Notes under the pieces: generated by a model
The model's database searches: none
What the model saw: the letters and a program-made list of their open reading frames with translations, nothing else
What the model was told of the DNA's origin: nothing
Part shown: in pieces, positions 16,853 through 28,178 of the stretch
How the letters are laid out: every line of letters begins with the position of its first letter
How positions within the stretch are numbered: the stretch's first letter is position 1
Position numbers and translations under genes: made by a program
From: Cytophagales bacterium
GTDB taxonomy: Bacteria > Bacteroidota > Bacteroidia > Cytophagales > MED-G16
Direction: 5' to 3'
DNA: 41,173 nucleotides
Assembly (NCBI GenBank): GCA_029940715.1
Contig: JAPYTU010000002.1
Span: forward strand, 1-41,173

Positions 16853-17889
16853 TTCCCAGTCATATTACAATTTCAAATATTGAATCTAACATCATAGATT
16901 TTTTATCAAAAAACAATTATTCTAAAATTGGAATATTAGTTGATAATAATTCTAATAAACATTGCTTACCAATTATAAAAAAAATTTTAAAAATTCCTTA
17001 TTCTATTATAATAATCAAATCTGGTGAAAAAGAAAAAAATATAAAAACATGTATTAAAGTATGGAATTCACTTTCTGAGTTAAAATTTGATAGAAAATCT
17101 TTATTAATAAATTTAGGAGGAGGAGTTATTTCTGATTTAGGTGGTTTTATTGCTGCTACCTACATGAGAGGAATTGACTTCATAAATATTCCAACAACTC
17201 TTTTATCTCAAGTAGATGCAAGTGTTGGTGGTAAACTTGGAATTAATTTTAATGAATTAAAAAACCATGTAGGTGTATTTTTAAATCCAAAAAAAATATT
17301 TATAGATACTAAACTATTAAAATCTCTTCCTATAAGAGAACTGAAATCTGGATTTTCTGAAGTTATAAAACATTGTATAATTAAAGATAAAAATGAATTC
17401 TATAGATTATTAAATACTAATTGGAAAAACTATGATTGGAATGATATTGTAAAACATTCAATAAAAATAAAATCATCAATTGTAAAACAAGATCCTTTAG
17501 AAAATGGCATTAGAAAAATTTTAAATTTTGGACATACCGTTGGACATGGAATTGAGTCAATATATATGAGCAAGAATAATTATTTATTGCATGGAGAAGC
17601 AATAGCAATTGGGATTATATGTGAATCATACATATCATATACTTCTAATACATTAGATAAAAATGAATTGGACTTAATAACAAAATTTATTACCAAAACA
17701 TACAACCCCAATATTATTAATAAAAATAAAATTGAATCGATATTAGAAGTCATAATTCACGACAAAAAAAATATTAACAATAAGATAAAAATGTCATTAA
17801 TTGAAAAAATTGGCAAATGTGGATATAATTATAATATAAATAAATTAGTTATTAATGAAAGTATAAATTATTATAATAGTTGCATCTAA
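16849..17889 (+). CDS. aroB: 3-dehydroquinate synthase
   Basis: The motif GGGVISDLGGFIAATYMRGIDFINIPTTLLSQVDASVGGK is diagnostic. An ATGA overlap joins it to the upstream gene. Confidence 0.92.
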   Translation: MIPSHITISNIESNIIDFLSKNNYSKIGILVDNNSNKHCLPIIKKILKIPYSIIIIKSGEKEKNIKTCIKVWNSLSELKFDRKSLLINLGGGVISDLGGFIAATYMRGIDFINIPTTLLSQVDASVGGKLGINFNELKNHVGVFLNPKKIFIDTKLLKSLPIRELKSGFSEVIKHCIIKDKNEFYRLLNTNWKNYDWNDIVKHSIKIKSSIVKQDPLENGIRKILNFGHTVGHGIESIYMSKNNYLLHGEAIAIGIICESYISYTSNTLDKNELDLITKFITKTYNPNIINKNKIESILEVIIHDKKNINNKIKMSLIEKIGKCGYNYNINKLVINESINYYNSCI

Positions 17890-19121
17890 TGGAACATTTA
17901 ATAGTCAAGTTTAATAAATTTAAAAATAATCGAATCACTTTAAATTCTTCAAAAAGTGAAAGTAATAGACTATTAATTATACAAGCCTTATCTAAAGAAA
18001 AAATAAATATTAATAATCTTTCCAATGCAAATGATACCATCATTTTAAAGAATTTACTCAATAAAAACCCAAATTCAATTTGGAATATTGAAGATGCAGG
18101 TACAACAATGCGGTTTTTAACATCATTTTTATCATTAAAAAGAAATAATGTTAAAATTATAGGATCTAATAGAATGGAAAAAAGACCTATAGCTATTCTT
18201 GTTGATGCACTCAATAAAATAGGAGCAAAAATAAAATATTTAAAAAACGAAGGATACCCTCCTATTTATATAGGAAATAAAATAAATCAAAAAATTAATT
18301 CTATTCAAATTAAAGGAAATATAAGCAGTCAATACATTTCTTCTTTACTATTAATTGCTCCTATACTTAAAAATGGAATAGAAATTAAAATTGTACAGCC
18401 ATTTTATAGTAAACCATATGTAGAGATGACTTTAAATCTGATGAAAAATTTTGGGATTAAATACAAATGGAATAAAAATATAATTAAAATTACCAATCAA
18501 AAATATTTAAGTGGATCTTATAAAATAGAAGCTGATTGGTCAGCAGCTAGTTATTGGTATAGTATAGTAAGCGTTAATGATCATATACGAACTTTAAAAT
18601 TGGTTGGATTAAGAAAAAACTCATTTCAAGGTGATAAAATAATTGCTGATATCATGAAAAATATTGGGGTTTATACCAGATTTGAAAGTGATGGAATTTT
18701 ATTGATTAAAAATTCAAATTTAGAATCAACTAAAGAAATAAATTTTAAAAATTGTCCAGATTTAGCTCAGACAATTTTAGTTGTTGCCGCCATTAAAAAA
18801 ATTAAATTAAAATTGAAAGGTCTTGAAAGTCTAAAAATAAAAGAAACTGATAGGCTAATAGCAATGAAAAAAGAACTAAAAAAAATTGGATGTAATTTTT
18901 ATGAAGCAAATGATGAATGGATTCTTGAAAGAAGAAATAATAAACTACCAAAGAAACTAATAATAAATACCTATAAAGATCATAGAGTAGCTATGTCATT
19001 CGCATCATTATCATCAAAATTAGAACTTATAATTAGAGATCCAGAGGTAGTTAATAAATCATATCCAAATTTTTGGAATGACCTAGAAAGTATAGGGTAC
19101 GTATGTAAAAAAACTATTTAA
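17889..19121 (+). CDS. aroA: 3-phosphoshikimate 1-carboxyvinyltransferase (EPSP synthase)
   Basis: SKSESNRLLII, GTTMRFL and DHRVAMSFA are diagnostic. The ATG at 17889 overlaps the aroB stop as TAATG; the ORF-track start at 17880 is a TTG. Confidence 0.9.
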   Translation: MEHLIVKFNKFKNNRITLNSSKSESNRLLIIQALSKEKININNLSNANDTIILKNLLNKNPNSIWNIEDAGTTMRFLTSFLSLKRNNVKIIGSNRMEKRPIAILVDALNKIGAKIKYLKNEGYPPIYIGNKINQKINSIQIKGNISSQYISSLLLIAPILKNGIEIKIVQPFYSKPYVEMTLNLMKNFGIKYKWNKNIIKITNQKYLSGSYKIEADWSAASYWYSIVSVNDHIRTLKLVGLRKNSFQGDKIIADIMKNIGVYTRFESDGILLIKNSNLESTKEINFKNCPDLAQTILVVAAIKKIKLKLKGLESLKIKETDRLIAMKKELKKIGCNFYEANDEWILERRNNKLPKKLIINTYKDHRVAMSFASLSSKLELIIRDPEVVNKSYPNFWNDLESIGYVCKKTI

Positions 19122-20184
19122 TATACCTAAAGTCTTGATTTTTTTTGATATTTAAAACAGATTCATATATTAGCTTTATACAATTCTCAACGTCTTTTTT
19201 ATGAACGGTTTCTACAGTTGTATGCATATATTTTAATGGTAAAGAAATCAAAGCAGACGCAACACCATCATTAGAATAAGCAAAGGCATCAGTATCTGTT
19301 CCAGTATGTCGTGATGTTGCAATAAGTTGATATGGAATTTTATTTGATTTTGCTGATTTAATTAAAAGTTTTAATAAATTATTTTGTACCGCTGGACCAT
19401 AAGTAAGAGCTGGACCTTTTCCTGCTTTCACATCACCACTTTTCTTTTTATTATACATTGGTGATTGTGTATCATGAGTCACATCCGTAACAATTGCAAC
19501 ATCTGGATTTATTCTTTCAGCTATCATTTGAGCACCTCTAAGTCCAATTTCTTCTTGTACCGAATTAACTATATAAAGACCAAAGTCTAAGTTTTTTTTG
19601 TTTTCTTTTAACCTCTTAGCTACCTCAGCTATCATAAATCCTCCCATTCTATTATCTAAAGCCCTTCCTGTCAAATAATTTTTATTAAGATGAATTAATT
19701 CATCTTCAAAAGTAATTACACAACCAACATGAATACCAAGCTTTTCAATTTCCTTTTTTGAATCACAACCAACATCAATAAATATATTTTCTAAAGATGG
19801 ATTTTTTTCAGTCTTTGAATCTCTAACATGAATTGCAGGCCAACCAAAAACACCTTTAACAATACCTCTTTCTGTATATATATTAACTCTTTTAGACGGA
19901 GCTATCTGATGATCAGAACCCCCATTTTTTATAACATATATATAACCATCATCTGTAATGTAATTTACAAACCAAGAAATTTCATCAGCATGAGCTTCTA
20001 TAACAACTTTATACTCAGATTTAGGATTAATTACACCAACAACTGTTCCATATGTATCTGATATATATTCATCAATGTAAGGTTTCATATAATCTAACCA
20101 TATTCTTTGTCCAGAAGTTTCAAAACCTGTTGGAGAATAATTATTTAAATATTTAAAAAGAAATTTTTCACTTTTAATGTCCAT
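19114..20184 (-). CDS. M42 family metallopeptidase (glutamyl aminopeptidase/CelM-like)
   Basis: The 356-aa length and the HADEI, GRALDNR and VQEEIGLRGA motifs are typical of M42. Confidence 0.85.
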   Translation of the reverse strand: MDIKSEKFLFKYLNNYSPTGFETSGQRIWLDYMKPYIDEYISDTYGTVVGVINPKSEYKVVIEAHADEISWFVNYITDDGYIYVIKNGGSDHQIAPSKRVNIYTERGIVKGVFGWPAIHVRDSKTEKNPSLENIFIDVGCDSKKEIEKLGIHVGCVITFEDELIHLNKNYLTGRALDNRMGGFMIAEVAKRLKENKKNLDFGLYIVNSVQEEIGLRGAQMIAERINPDVAIVTDVTHDTQSPMYNKKKSGDVKAGKGPALTYGPAVQNNLLKLLIKSAKSNKIPYQLIATSRHTGTDTDAFAYSNDGVASALISLPLKYMHTTVETVHKKDVENCIKLIYESVLNIKKNQDFRYIK

Positions 20185-20199
20185 AGCTTACTTATTAAT

Positions 20200-20493
20200 T
20201 TATTCTTCAATTATATAAAAAATATCTTCACTTTCTTTTTTCATCAAATATTTTTCACGTGCATACTTTTCTAAAAGTTCATCATTATTATCAAATGATT
20301 TTTTATCCATTAAAATTTGTTCAATCTCATTAGTATAAAATACCTTTTGTGATTCTAAATCTGATAACTTTTTAGATAATCTATATCTATTATAAAACCC
20401 ATTTGTATCAATAAATGTCATCCATAAAATGGATAAAATAAAAAATAAAAAATAAAAATTCTTAAATAGTTTTTTAAAATTGTCTAAAATCAT
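20200..20493 (-). CDS. Septum formation initiator (FtsB/DivIC-like)
   Basis: This 97-aa protein has one N-terminal TM helix followed by a short coiled coil. Its position immediately downstream of eno is a widely conserved linkage. Confidence 0.65.
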   Translation of the reverse strand: MILDNFKKLFKNFYFLFFILSILWMTFIDTNGFYNRYRLSKKLSDLESQKVFYTNEIEQILMDKKSFDNNDELLEKYAREKYLMKKESEDIFYIIEE

Positions 20494-20497
20494 AAAT

Positions 20498-20505
20498 CAA
20501 ATATA
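20498..20505 (-). promoter_or_regulatory. Candidate -7 box (TATATTTG) 4 nt upstream of the ftsB-like ATG
   Basis: The minus strand reads TATATTTG-attt-ATG(20493). It sits in the 17-nt eno/ftsB-like spacer and has no -33 box. It may be fortuitous. Confidence 0.3.
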
Positions 20506-20510
20506 TAATT

Positions 20511-21785
20511 TTAATTTTTTAGATATTTTGCATTTATACCTAAATCTTCTTCTATTCTCAACAACTGATTATATTTAGCTACCCTATCTGAACGTGAAAG
20601 AGATCCGGTTTTTATTTGTCCAACGGTTAAACCAACAGCTATATCTGAAATTGTAGTATCCTCAGTTTCACCTGATCTATGAGAAATAATAGTAGTCCAT
20701 CCTGCTTTTTTTGCCAAATTTATTGCTGAAATTGTTTCAGAAAGTGTACCTATTTGATTTGGTTTAATTAATATAGAATTAGCACTTTTTTCTCTAATAC
20801 CTTTCTTTAAATATTTAATATTAGTCACAAACAAATCATCTCCAACTAACTGACATTTATTACCTATTTCACTTGTTAATAATTTCCAACCTTCCCAATC
20901 ATTTTCATCACAACCATCTTCAATACTATCAATAGAATATTTCTCAACTAACTCCTTTAAATAAATTACTTGCTCTTCTGAATTTCTAACTTCACCAGAA
21001 TCTCCTTCAAATTTTCTATAATCGTATTTTCCATTATTATAAAACTCGGATGATGCACAGTCCATAGCAATAGTAACCTCTTCTCCAACTTTATAACCAG
21101 CCTTTTCAATAGATAGCATAATAGTTTCTATTGCTTCTTCAGTGCCATTTTTTAAATTAGGGGCAAAACCACCTTCATCACCAACCGCAATGCTTAAATT
21201 ATTAATTTTTAAAATTGACTTTAAACAATGAAATATTTCAGTCCCATATCTTAGTGCTTCTTTAAAACTAGGAGCACCTAAAGGTCTAATCATAAACTCT
21301 TGAAATGCCATAGGAGCATCTGAGTGAGATCCCCCATTAATAATATTCATCATAGGTACAGGTAAATAACAAGCAGATTTTCCTCCTAAATACTTATATA
21401 AAGGAATTGATTTAACTTTTGATGCCAAATGAGCTGAAGCAAGAGAAATACCTAGTATTGCATTTGCACCTAAATTAGATTTATTAGTTGTTCCATCCAT
21501 TTCAATTAATGTTTTATCAATCAAATTTTGATCAAAACAATCCATACCAATTATTTTTTTTGATATTAGAGAATTAACATTTTTAACAGCTTTATTCACA
21601 GATTTTCCTAAATATTTAGAACTATCATTATCTCTTAATTCTACTGCCTCATTTATACCTGTTGATGCTCCAGAAGGTACTGAAGCTCTACCCATAATAT
21701 TTCCTGAAAAAATATCTACTTCTACAGTAGGATTTCCTCTAGAATCAAGAATTTGTCTGCATTTAATTTCCGTTATTTTGCTCAT
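20511..21785 (-). CDS. eno: Enolase
   Basis: [22 protein letters not shown] and [23 protein letters not shown] are diagnostic. Confidence 0.97.
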   Translation of the reverse strand: MSKITEIKCRQILDSRGNPTVEVDIFSGNIMGRASVPSGASTGINEAVELRDNDSSKYLGKSVNKAVKNVNSLISKKIIGMDCFDQNLIDKTLIEMDGTTNKSNLGANAILGISLASAHLASKVKSIPLYKYLGGKSACYLPVPMMNIINGGSHSDAPMAFQEFMIRPLGAPSFKEALRYGTEIFHCLKSILKINNLSIAVGDEGGFAPNLKNGTEEAIETIMLSIEKAGYKVGEEVTIAMDCASSEFYNNGKYDYRKFEGDSGEVRNSEEQVIYLKELVEKYSIDSIEDGCDENDWEGWKLLTSEIGNKCQLVGDDLFVTNIKYLKKGIREKSANSILIKPNQIGTLSETISAINLAKKAGWTTIISHRSGETEDTTISDIAVGLTVGQIKTGSLSRSDRVAKYNQLLRIEEDLGINAKYLKN

Positions 21786-22879
21786 TAAAAAAACCTAATA
21801 AAATTATCAAATAAATATCTTGAATCATTAGGACCTGGAGCTGACTCAGGATGATACTGAACAGAAAAAGCTTTTTTTCCAATTATTTTAGTTCCTTCAA
21901 CTGAATTATCATTTAAATTTACATGAGTAAGTTTTATATTTTTTGATTTATCAACCTCATTATAATCAACAGAAAAACCATGGTTTTGAGATGTAATTTC
22001 TGATTTTCCAGTTTCTAAATTTTTAACTGGATGATTAATGCCACGATGTCCATTATGGAGCTTAAATGTAGATATATCACAAGCTCTTGCCATAAGCTGA
22101 TGGCCTAAACATATTCCAAATAAAGGTTTATTAATCTCCAATATCTTTTTAATTGTTTCAACTGCATAATCCATAGATGCAGGATCTCCAGGTCCATTAG
22201 ATATAAAAAATCCATTTGGCTTCCATTTATTCATTTTATTAAAACTAGTTTTAGCAGGAAATACTTTACAAACCACATTTCTATTAGTAAAATTATTTAA
22301 TATTGACTTTTTACAACCTAAATCCAAAACCGCAACCTTATATTTTGCTGATTCATCACCATACATATATTCTTTTTTTGTTGTAACTCGAGAAGATAAT
22401 TCTAAGTTAATCATTGAAGGAACTTTTTTTAATTTTTGTTTCAATAAATTAATATCTAAGTTTTCACTAGATATTATAGCATTCATTGCCCCCTTATCTC
22501 TAACATACTTTACTAATTTTCTTGTGTCAACACCACAAATTGCAACAGTTTTATTTTTTAAAAAATAATCTTCAAGACTTGAAGTTGCATTATATCTACT
22601 ATATACAACAGAATATTCATTAATAATTACTCCATTTATTTGAAGATTATTACTTTCCTGTTCAGAATTTATTGTACCATAATTTCCAATATGTGAAGAT
22701 GTATTTATAATTATTTGTCCAAAATATGAAGGATCAGTATAAATTTCTTGATATCCTGTCATTCCAGTATTAAAACATATTTCACCCGTTGCTATACCAA
22801 TTTCTCCTAAAGATTTACCTTTAAAAACTGTCCCGTCTTCTAAAACTAATATTGCAGGTGATTTTGAAATAAAACTCAT
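21785..22879 (-). CDS. carA: Carbamoyl-phosphate synthase small (glutaminase) subunit
   Basis: GICLGHQL and [10 protein letters not shown] mark the GATase triad region. Length is 364 aa, and the stop overlaps the eno ATG by 1 nt. Confidence 0.93.
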   Translation of the reverse strand: MSFISKSPAILVLEDGTVFKGKSLGEIGIATGEICFNTGMTGYQEIYTDPSYFGQIIINTSSHIGNYGTINSEQESNNLQINGVIINEYSVVYSRYNATSSLEDYFLKNKTVAICGVDTRKLVKYVRDKGAMNAIISSENLDINLLKQKLKKVPSMINLELSSRVTTKKEYMYGDESAKYKVAVLDLGCKKSILNNFTNRNVVCKVFPAKTSFNKMNKWKPNGFFISNGPGDPASMDYAVETIKKILEINKPLFGICLGHQLMARACDISTFKLHNGHRGINHPVKNLETGKSEITSQNHGFSVDYNEVDKSKNIKLTHVNLNDNSVEGTKIIGKKAFSVQYHPESAPGPNDSRYLFDNFIRFF

Positions 22880-22886
22880 TATTAAT

Positions 22887-22894
22887 CAAAAATA
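22887..22894 (-). promoter_or_regulatory. Candidate -7 box (TATTTTTG) 7 nt upstream of the carA ATG
   Basis: The minus strand reads TATTTTTG-attaata-ATG(22879). The rplQ terminator hairpin occupies the -33 position. Confidence 0.4.
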
Positions 22895-22904
22895 AATAAT
22901 AAAA

Positions 22905-22931
22905 AAAGGATTAAATAAAATTTAATCCTTT
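22905..22931 (-). terminator. Rho-independent terminator closing the ribosomal-protein supercluster (after rplQ)
   Basis: AGGATTAAAT (22907-22916) pairs with ATTTAATCCT (22920-22929) in a perfect inverted repeat. On the minus strand a run of seven T follows. The stem is A/T-rich, so predicted stability is modest. Confidence 0.55.
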
Positions 22932-22956
22932 AAAATCAATGAAATATAACAAAAAT

Positions 22957-23469
22957 TTATTTTGATTTTGATTCATCATTTTTTTTAGTACTTTTTTTAC
23001 TAGATTTTGAAGATTTTTTGCTAGATAATGAAACATCTTGAGTAGTCGTTTTTTTCTTTCTCCTTCTTCTAGTTTTTGTAGCTTTTAATGGTTTATCTGT
23101 TAACATTAAATTATTATAATCAACCAATTCAATAATACACATATCAGCATTATCACCAAGTCTTGAACCTGTTTTTATAATCCTAGTATAACCACCTGGT
23201 CTGGCATCTATTTTTTCAGAAATTCCACCAAAAAGTTCATTTACTGAATCCTTATTTTGTAAATAAGAAAAAACTGATCTTCTCGAATGTGTAGTGTCTG
23301 ATTTAGATTTAGTAATTAATGGCTCAATATATTTTCTTAATGCTTTACCCTTTGCCAAAGTCGTCTCAATTTTTTTATTTAAAATAAGAGAAGAAGCCAT
23401 ATTAGAAAGCATTGACTTTCGATGAGACGATGTCCTACCTAAATGATTAAACCTTTTACCATGCCTCAT
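22957..23469 (-). CDS. rplQ: 50S ribosomal protein L17 with a K/S-rich C-terminal extension
   Basis: The N-terminus [21 protein letters not shown] and the position after rpoA identify it. Confidence 0.95.
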   Translation of the reverse strand: MRHGKRFNHLGRTSSHRKSMLSNMASSLILNKKIETTLAKGKALRKYIEPLITKSKSDTTHSRRSVFSYLQNKDSVNELFGGISEKIDARPGGYTRIIKTGSRLGDNADMCIIELVDYNNLMLTDKPLKATKTRRRRKKKTTTQDVSLSSKKSSKSSKKSTKKNDESKSK

Positions 23470-23481
23470 TATTAATACTAT

Positions 23482-24465
23482 TTAATCTAAATTAAACTTT
23501 TCCAAATCCATACCAAAATTCAGACCTTTGTTATCAACAAGTTCTTCTAATTCAGTAAGAGATTTTTTACCAAAATTTCTAAATTTCATCATATCTGAAA
23601 TTTCAACACTTACCAAATCACCTAAAGTTTTAATATCAGCTGCTTTTAAACAATTAAATGCACGAACTGAAAGATCTAAATCGTTTAATGATGTTTTAAG
23701 TAATTTTCTCATATGAAGTAATTCTTCATCAACTACCACAAGTTCATCAGAATCATCCTCAGCAAATTCCATATCCTTATCAGAAAATAGATAAAAATGT
23801 TTTATGAGTATTTGAGCAGCTCCTTTTAAAGCATCTTCAGGATGAATAGAACCATCTGTTTGAATATCAATTACCAATTTTTCAAAATCTGTCTTTTGTT
23901 CTACCCTTGTATTTTCAACATTATATTTAACATTTATAATAGGAGTAAAAACAGAATCAATTGAGATAAAATTAACATCTGAACTATTAGATTTATTTTC
24001 TTCAGAAGTTACGTAACCCCTACCTTTTTCAATATTCAATTCCATAGAAAATTTAACATTTTTGCTTAATGTACAAATTTCTTGATCTGAATTTAATATC
24101 TCAAAAGAGTTAGAAAAATTTCCAAGTTCCTTAGCAGTCAAAGTTCCTTTTTTATTAAAAGAAACAGAAATATTTTTATCTGGAGATTCAGAAATACATT
24201 TAAATCTTATAGATTTAAGATTTAAAATAATTTCAGATACGTCTTCAACAATTCCATCTATAGTTGAAAATTCGTGTTGAACACCAGGTATTTTTAAACC
24301 TGTAATAGCATATCCTTCTAATGAGGATAAAAGAACCCTTCTAACGGAATTACCGATTGTTACACCATACCCTGGTTGAAGAGGTTTAAAAGTAAATAGC
24401 CCATGAAAATCATTAGCTTTTTCCATTACTATTTTATCAGGCAATTGAAATGAAAGTAGTGACAT
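23482..24465 (-). CDS. rpoA: DNA-directed RNA polymerase subunit alpha
   Basis: The 327-aa length, the [17 protein letters not shown] motif, and a C-terminal domain with RAFNCLK identify it. Confidence 0.96.
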   Translation of the reverse strand: MSLLSFQLPDKIVMEKANDFHGLFTFKPLQPGYGVTIGNSVRRVLLSSLEGYAITGLKIPGVQHEFSTIDGIVEDVSEIILNLKSIRFKCISESPDKNISVSFNKKGTLTAKELGNFSNSFEILNSDQEICTLSKNVKFSMELNIEKGRGYVTSEENKSNSSDVNFISIDSVFTPIINVKYNVENTRVEQKTDFEKLVIDIQTDGSIHPEDALKGAAQILIKHFYLFSDKDMEFAEDDSDELVVVDEELLHMRKLLKTSLNDLDLSVRAFNCLKAADIKTLGDLVSVEISDMMKFRNFGKKSLTELEELVDNKGLNFGMDLEKFNLD

Positions 24466-24492
24466 AATTTTAAAATTTATTTATACAATATT

Positions 24493-25098
24493 TTATTTAG
24501 AATATAATTCAACAATTAATTGTTCATTAATATTTTCAGGAATAGCTTCTCTATTGGGATAGATTAGCATTTTACCAGTTAATTTTTTATCATCCCATTC
24601 CAACCATTGATATTTATATGAAGATTTATTAGATAAACTTTCTGATATAGCAGTTAATGATTTGGATTTTTCTCTAACTGCAATAAGGTCACCTGCTTTA
24701 ACTGTAAAAGAGGGAATATTTACAATTTTATCATTAACGGTTATATGTTTATGACCAACAAATTGTCTTGCAGATCTTCTTGTTTGAGCAATTCCAAGTC
24801 TATATACTACATTATCTAATCTTGCTTCTAATAACTGGAGTAAATTTTCACCTGTAACACCACTTTTTCTTGATGCTTTATCAAACATATTCTTAAATTG
24901 TCTCTCTAATATACCATACAAGTATTTAGCTTTTTGTTTTTCAGCAAGCTGAATAGCATATTCAGATTTTTTTCTTCTTCTTCCCCTTCCATGTTGTCCT
25001 GGAGGATGAGGTTTTTTTTCTAAAGCTTTAGTATCACCAAAAATTGGTTCGCCATATTTTCTAGAAATTTTTGATTTAGGTCCTCTATATCTTGCCAT
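24493..25098 (-). CDS. rpsD: 30S ribosomal protein S4
   Basis: [16 protein letters not shown] and operon position identify it. Confidence 0.96.
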   Translation of the reverse strand: MARYRGPKSKISRKYGEPIFGDTKALEKKPHPPGQHGRGRRRKKSEYAIQLAEKQKAKYLYGILERQFKNMFDKASRKSGVTGENLLQLLEARLDNVVYRLGIAQTRRSARQFVGHKHITVNDKIVNIPSFTVKAGDLIAVREKSKSLTAISESLSNKSSYKYQWLEWDDKKLTGKMLIYPNREAIPENINEQLIVELYSK

Positions 25099-25108
25099 AT
25101 TTTATAAT

Positions 25109-25498
25109 TTAAACTCTTCTTCTTTTAGGTGGTCTACATCCATTATGTGGTAAAGGTGTAACATCATTTATTGATATTACATCTAAACCAGTATTTTGCA
25201 TTGCCCTAATAGAAGAATCTCTTCCAGATCCTGGTCCTTTAATAAAAATATCCACTTTTCTTAATCCTAGTTCATAAGCTGACTTAACAGCATTTTCAGT
25301 GGCAATCTGTGCTGCAAACGGTGTATTCTTTTTTGATCCTCTAAAACCCATCTTACCAGCAGAAGACCATGAAATAACCTGACCTAACTCATTAGTTATA
25401 GATATAATTATATTATTAAAAGAACATTTAATATGAGCTTGCCCCATTGCAGTAACAACTACAACTCTTTTCTTTGACTTTTCTTTTCTTTTATTCAT
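25109..25498 (-). CDS. rpsK: 30S ribosomal protein S11
   Basis: [11 protein letters not shown], the C-terminal [13 protein letters not shown] and operon position identify it. Confidence 0.96.
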   Translation of the reverse strand: MNKRKEKSKKRVVVVTAMGQAHIKCSFNNIIISITNELGQVISWSSAGKMGFRGSKKNTPFAAQIATENAVKSAYELGLRKVDIFIKGPGSGRDSSIRAMQNTGLDVISINDVTPLPHNGCRPPKRRRV

Positions 25499-25507
25499 AA
25501 TAATAAA

Positions 25508-25882
25508 TTATTTAATTGCTTTCTTTTTGTTAGCTACAGTTTTTCTTTTTCCTTTTCTAGTTCTAGAATTATTTTTAGTTTTTTGTCCTCTAAGAGGTAA
25601 TCCTATTCTATGTCTTATACCTCTATAACACCCAATATCTAAAAGTCTTTTAATGTTGAGTCTAACTTCTGACTTAAGATCACCTTCGATTTTATAACTT
25701 TCAGAAATTATATTTCTTATTTTATTTGATTCTTCCTCAGACCAATCATTTACTTTTTTACTTAAATCAATACCTGCATTAAATAATATTTTTTGAGCTG
25801 AACTATTACCAATACCAAAAATATATGTAAGAGCTATTTCTCCCCTTTTATTGTCCGGAATATCTATACCTGCTATTCTCAT
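25508..25882 (-). CDS. rpsM: 30S ribosomal protein S13
   Basis: [31 protein letters not shown] and operon position identify it. Confidence 0.96.
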   Translation of the reverse strand: MRIAGIDIPDNKRGEIALTYIFGIGNSSAQKILFNAGIDLSKKVNDWSEEESNKIRNIISESYKIEGDLKSEVRLNIKRLLDIGCYRGIRHRIGLPLRGQKTKNNSRTRKGKRKTVANKKKAIK

Positions 25883-25885
25883 ATC

Positions 25886-26002
25886 TTATCCTTGTCTTTG
25901 TTTAAATCTTGGGTTTTTCTTATTAATAACATACACTTTTCCATTTCTTCTAATTACTTTACAGTCAGAACTTCTCTTTTTTACAGATGCTTTTACTTTC
26001 AT
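25886..26002 (-). CDS. rpmJ: 50S ribosomal protein L36 (Cys-poor, zinc-free type)
   Basis: This gene is not in the ORF track because it is only 38 aa. Hand translation of the complement gives [38 protein letters not shown], then TAA. It sits in the canonical position between infA and rpsM. Confidence 0.93.
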   Translation of the reverse strand: MKVKASVKKRSSDCKVIRRNGKVYVINKKNPRFKQRQG

Positions 26003-26003
26003 T

Positions 26004-26222
26004 TTATTTATATCTAAATGTTATTCTACCTTTTGTTAAATCATAAGGAGACATTTCTAACTTAATTTTATCACCAGGTAATAATCGAATGTAAAACATT
26101 CTCATTTTTCCTGAAATATGAGCTGTTACAATATGTCCATTTTCTAACTTAACTCTAAACATAGCATTTGAAAGTGCTTCTGTTACAACTCCATCTTGTT
26201 CAATTGCCTTTTGTTTAGCCAT
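26004..26222 (-). CDS. infA: Translation initiation factor IF-1
   Basis: [30 protein letters not shown] and a length of 72 aa identify it. Confidence 0.96.
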   Translation of the reverse strand: MAKQKAIEQDGVVTEALSNAMFRVKLENGHIVTAHISGKMRMFYIRLLPGDKIKLEMSPYDLTKGRITFRYK

Positions 26223-26225
26223 AAA

Positions 26226-27530
26226 TTAAATACTTCTTCCTTTTACTTTACCTGATTTCATCATTCCATCATAATGTCTCATCAGTAAATAACTTTCAAT
26301 TTGCTGCAAAGTATCTAAAATAACACCAACCATAATTAATAATGATGTCCCTCCATAAAATTGTGCAAATCCTTGACTTACACCAAACATCATTGCAAAA
26401 GCTGGTAAAATAGCAACTACAGCAAGTAGAATTGATCCTGGTAATGTAACACGATCCATAACATTAGATATAAAATCAGATGTTTCAGAACCAGGTTTTA
26501 TTCCAGGAATAAATCCATTATTTCTTTTCATATCATCAGCCATTTTATTTGGATTAACTGTAATGGCGGTATAAAAAAATGTAAACAAAATTATTAATAC
26601 TGCAAACGTTACATTATACAACCATGACTGCATATTTGAAAAAGAGGTTGCAATATATTGAAAAAAATCTGAATTTTCAGCAAATTGTAGTCCTATTACA
26701 GCGGGTAAAAACATAAGAGCTTGAGCAAAAATAATGGGCATAACTCCTGAAGAATTAACCTTTAGAGGAAGGTATTGTCTTTTACCACCATAAAGATTAC
26801 TACCCACTACTTGTTTAGCGTATTGAACAGGAATCCTTCTAATAGCTTGAGTAAGCATTACTGTAAACATAACAACCCCAAATAACACTCCAATTTCAAC
26901 AATAAATAATAGTGCTTGAGACATACCTCTAGAGAGAGCTTCAGCTACAATACTTCCAGGAAATCTTGAAATAATCCCAATCATAATCAACATAGATATA
27001 CCATTTCCTATACCTTTATCAGTAATTTTTTCGCCTATCCACATACAAAAAATAGTTCCTGATGTCAATATAACAATGCATGATAAAGTAAATAAAAATT
27101 TATTTTGAACAAGAATAGCCTCTGCTGGTATAGTACCTGATATATAAGCTGTACTTTGAAAAATTGTTATTATAATAGTCAAATATCTAGTTATTTGAGT
27201 CATTTTTTTACGACCACTATCTCCTTCTTTTTGAAGCTTTTGAAAATATGGTAAAGCTACTCCAAGTAATTGAACTACAATTGATGCTGAAATATATGGC
27301 ATTATTCCCAATGCAAAAATTGAAGCATTGCTAAATGCACCCCCTAAAAAAGTATCTAATAAACCAAATATTCCACCAGCATTTTGTTGTAATTTAGAAG
27401 GATCAATACCAGGCAACACAACAAATGAACCTAATCTAAAAATAATTAAAAACCCAACTGTAGTAAGAATTCGAGATCTTAACTCGTCTATTGAAAAAAT
27501 ATTTTTAATTACAGAATACAATTTAATCAT
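26226..27530 (-). CDS. secY: Preprotein translocase subunit SecY
   Basis: A 434-aa polytopic protein with ELRSRILTTVGFLIIFRLGSFVVLPGI, positioned after rplO. Confidence 0.96.
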   Translation of the reverse strand: MIKLYSVIKNIFSIDELRSRILTTVGFLIIFRLGSFVVLPGIDPSKLQQNAGGIFGLLDTFLGGAFSNASIFALGIMPYISASIVVQLLGVALPYFQKLQKEGDSGRKKMTQITRYLTIIITIFQSTAYISGTIPAEAILVQNKFLFTLSCIVILTSGTIFCMWIGEKITDKGIGNGISMLIMIGIISRFPGSIVAEALSRGMSQALLFIVEIGVLFGVVMFTVMLTQAIRRIPVQYAKQVVGSNLYGGKRQYLPLKVNSSGVMPIIFAQALMFLPAVIGLQFAENSDFFQYIATSFSNMQSWLYNVTFAVLIILFTFFYTAITVNPNKMADDMKRNNGFIPGIKPGSETSDFISNVMDRVTLPGSILLAVVAILPAFAMMFGVSQGFAQFYGGTSLLIMVGVILDTLQQIESYLLMRHYDGMMKSGKVKGRSI

Positions 27531-27978
27531 TGATTAACTTTTTGATTTTTCCACCTACTTTTTCAATACTTTTAATAGCTGACTTCGAAAAATAATGAGA
27601 ACTTACATTTATTTTAGATATAAGCTTACCCCTACCTAAAACTTTTATTAGATCAGATTTATTAGCTAAACCATTTTTGATAAGAAAATCTGGATTAATT
27701 TCCTTTATTTTTGATTTGTCACAAATTTTTTGAAGTGTATCTAAATTTATTGGCTTAGTTTCTATCCTATTAGGTGATCTGAATCCAAATTTAGGAACTC
27801 TTCTTTGAAGAGGCATCTGTCCACCTTCAAAACCAGCTTTTCTAGAATAACCAGATCTAGATTGTGCACCATTATGACCTCTAGTAGAAGTACCTCCTCT
27901 TCCAGAACCTTGACCCCTTGCTATTCTTTTTCTTGATTTTAATGAACCTTTCGCAGGTTTTAGAGAATGTAATTTCAT
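27523..27978 (-). CDS. rplO: 50S ribosomal protein L15
   Basis: RGQGSGRGGTSTRGHNG and operon position identify it. Confidence 0.95.
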   Translation of the reverse strand: MKLHSLKPAKGSLKSRKRIARGQGSGRGGTSTRGHNGAQSRSGYSRKAGFEGGQMPLQRRVPKFGFRSPNRIETKPINLDTLQKICDKSKIKEINPDFLIKNGLANKSDLIKVLGRGKLISKINVSSHYFSKSAIKSIEKVGGKIKKLIND

Positions 27979-28178
27979 TTTTCTACATTTTTAACTTCTA
28001 CCAAATGATTAACTTTATTAATCATACCTTGAATCTCAGGAGATAAAACTTTTTGTACTGATCTATTTATTTTACCTAAACCTAAAGCAATAATTGTTCT
28101 CTTCTGTCTTAAAGTCTGAGAAATAGTACTTTTTAATTGTGTTATAATAACTTTTTTCTTTACTATATTTTTAGCCAT
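27975..28178 (-). CDS. rpmD: 50S ribosomal protein L30
   Basis: A 67-aa protein with [26 protein letters not shown], positioned between rpsE and rplO. Confidence 0.93.
   Translation of the reverse strand: MAKNIVKKKVIITQLKSTISQTLRQKRTIIALGLGKINRSVQKVLSPEIQGMINKVNHLVEVKNVEK

Noticed and set aside
17852-18214. A 120-aa minus-strand ORF spanning the aroB/aroA junction. It is the longest unassigned ORF in the track.
   Set aside because: It lies entirely antisense to two well-supported genes. Its translation is F/L/I-rich, the mirror image of K/N/E-rich sense codons. It has no recognisable motif, promoter box or terminator. I treat it as a shadow ORF.
25851-26039. A 62-aa plus-strand ORF between rpsM and infA.
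   Set aside because: The region is fully explained by rpmJ (L36) on the minus strand plus the ends of rpsM and infA.
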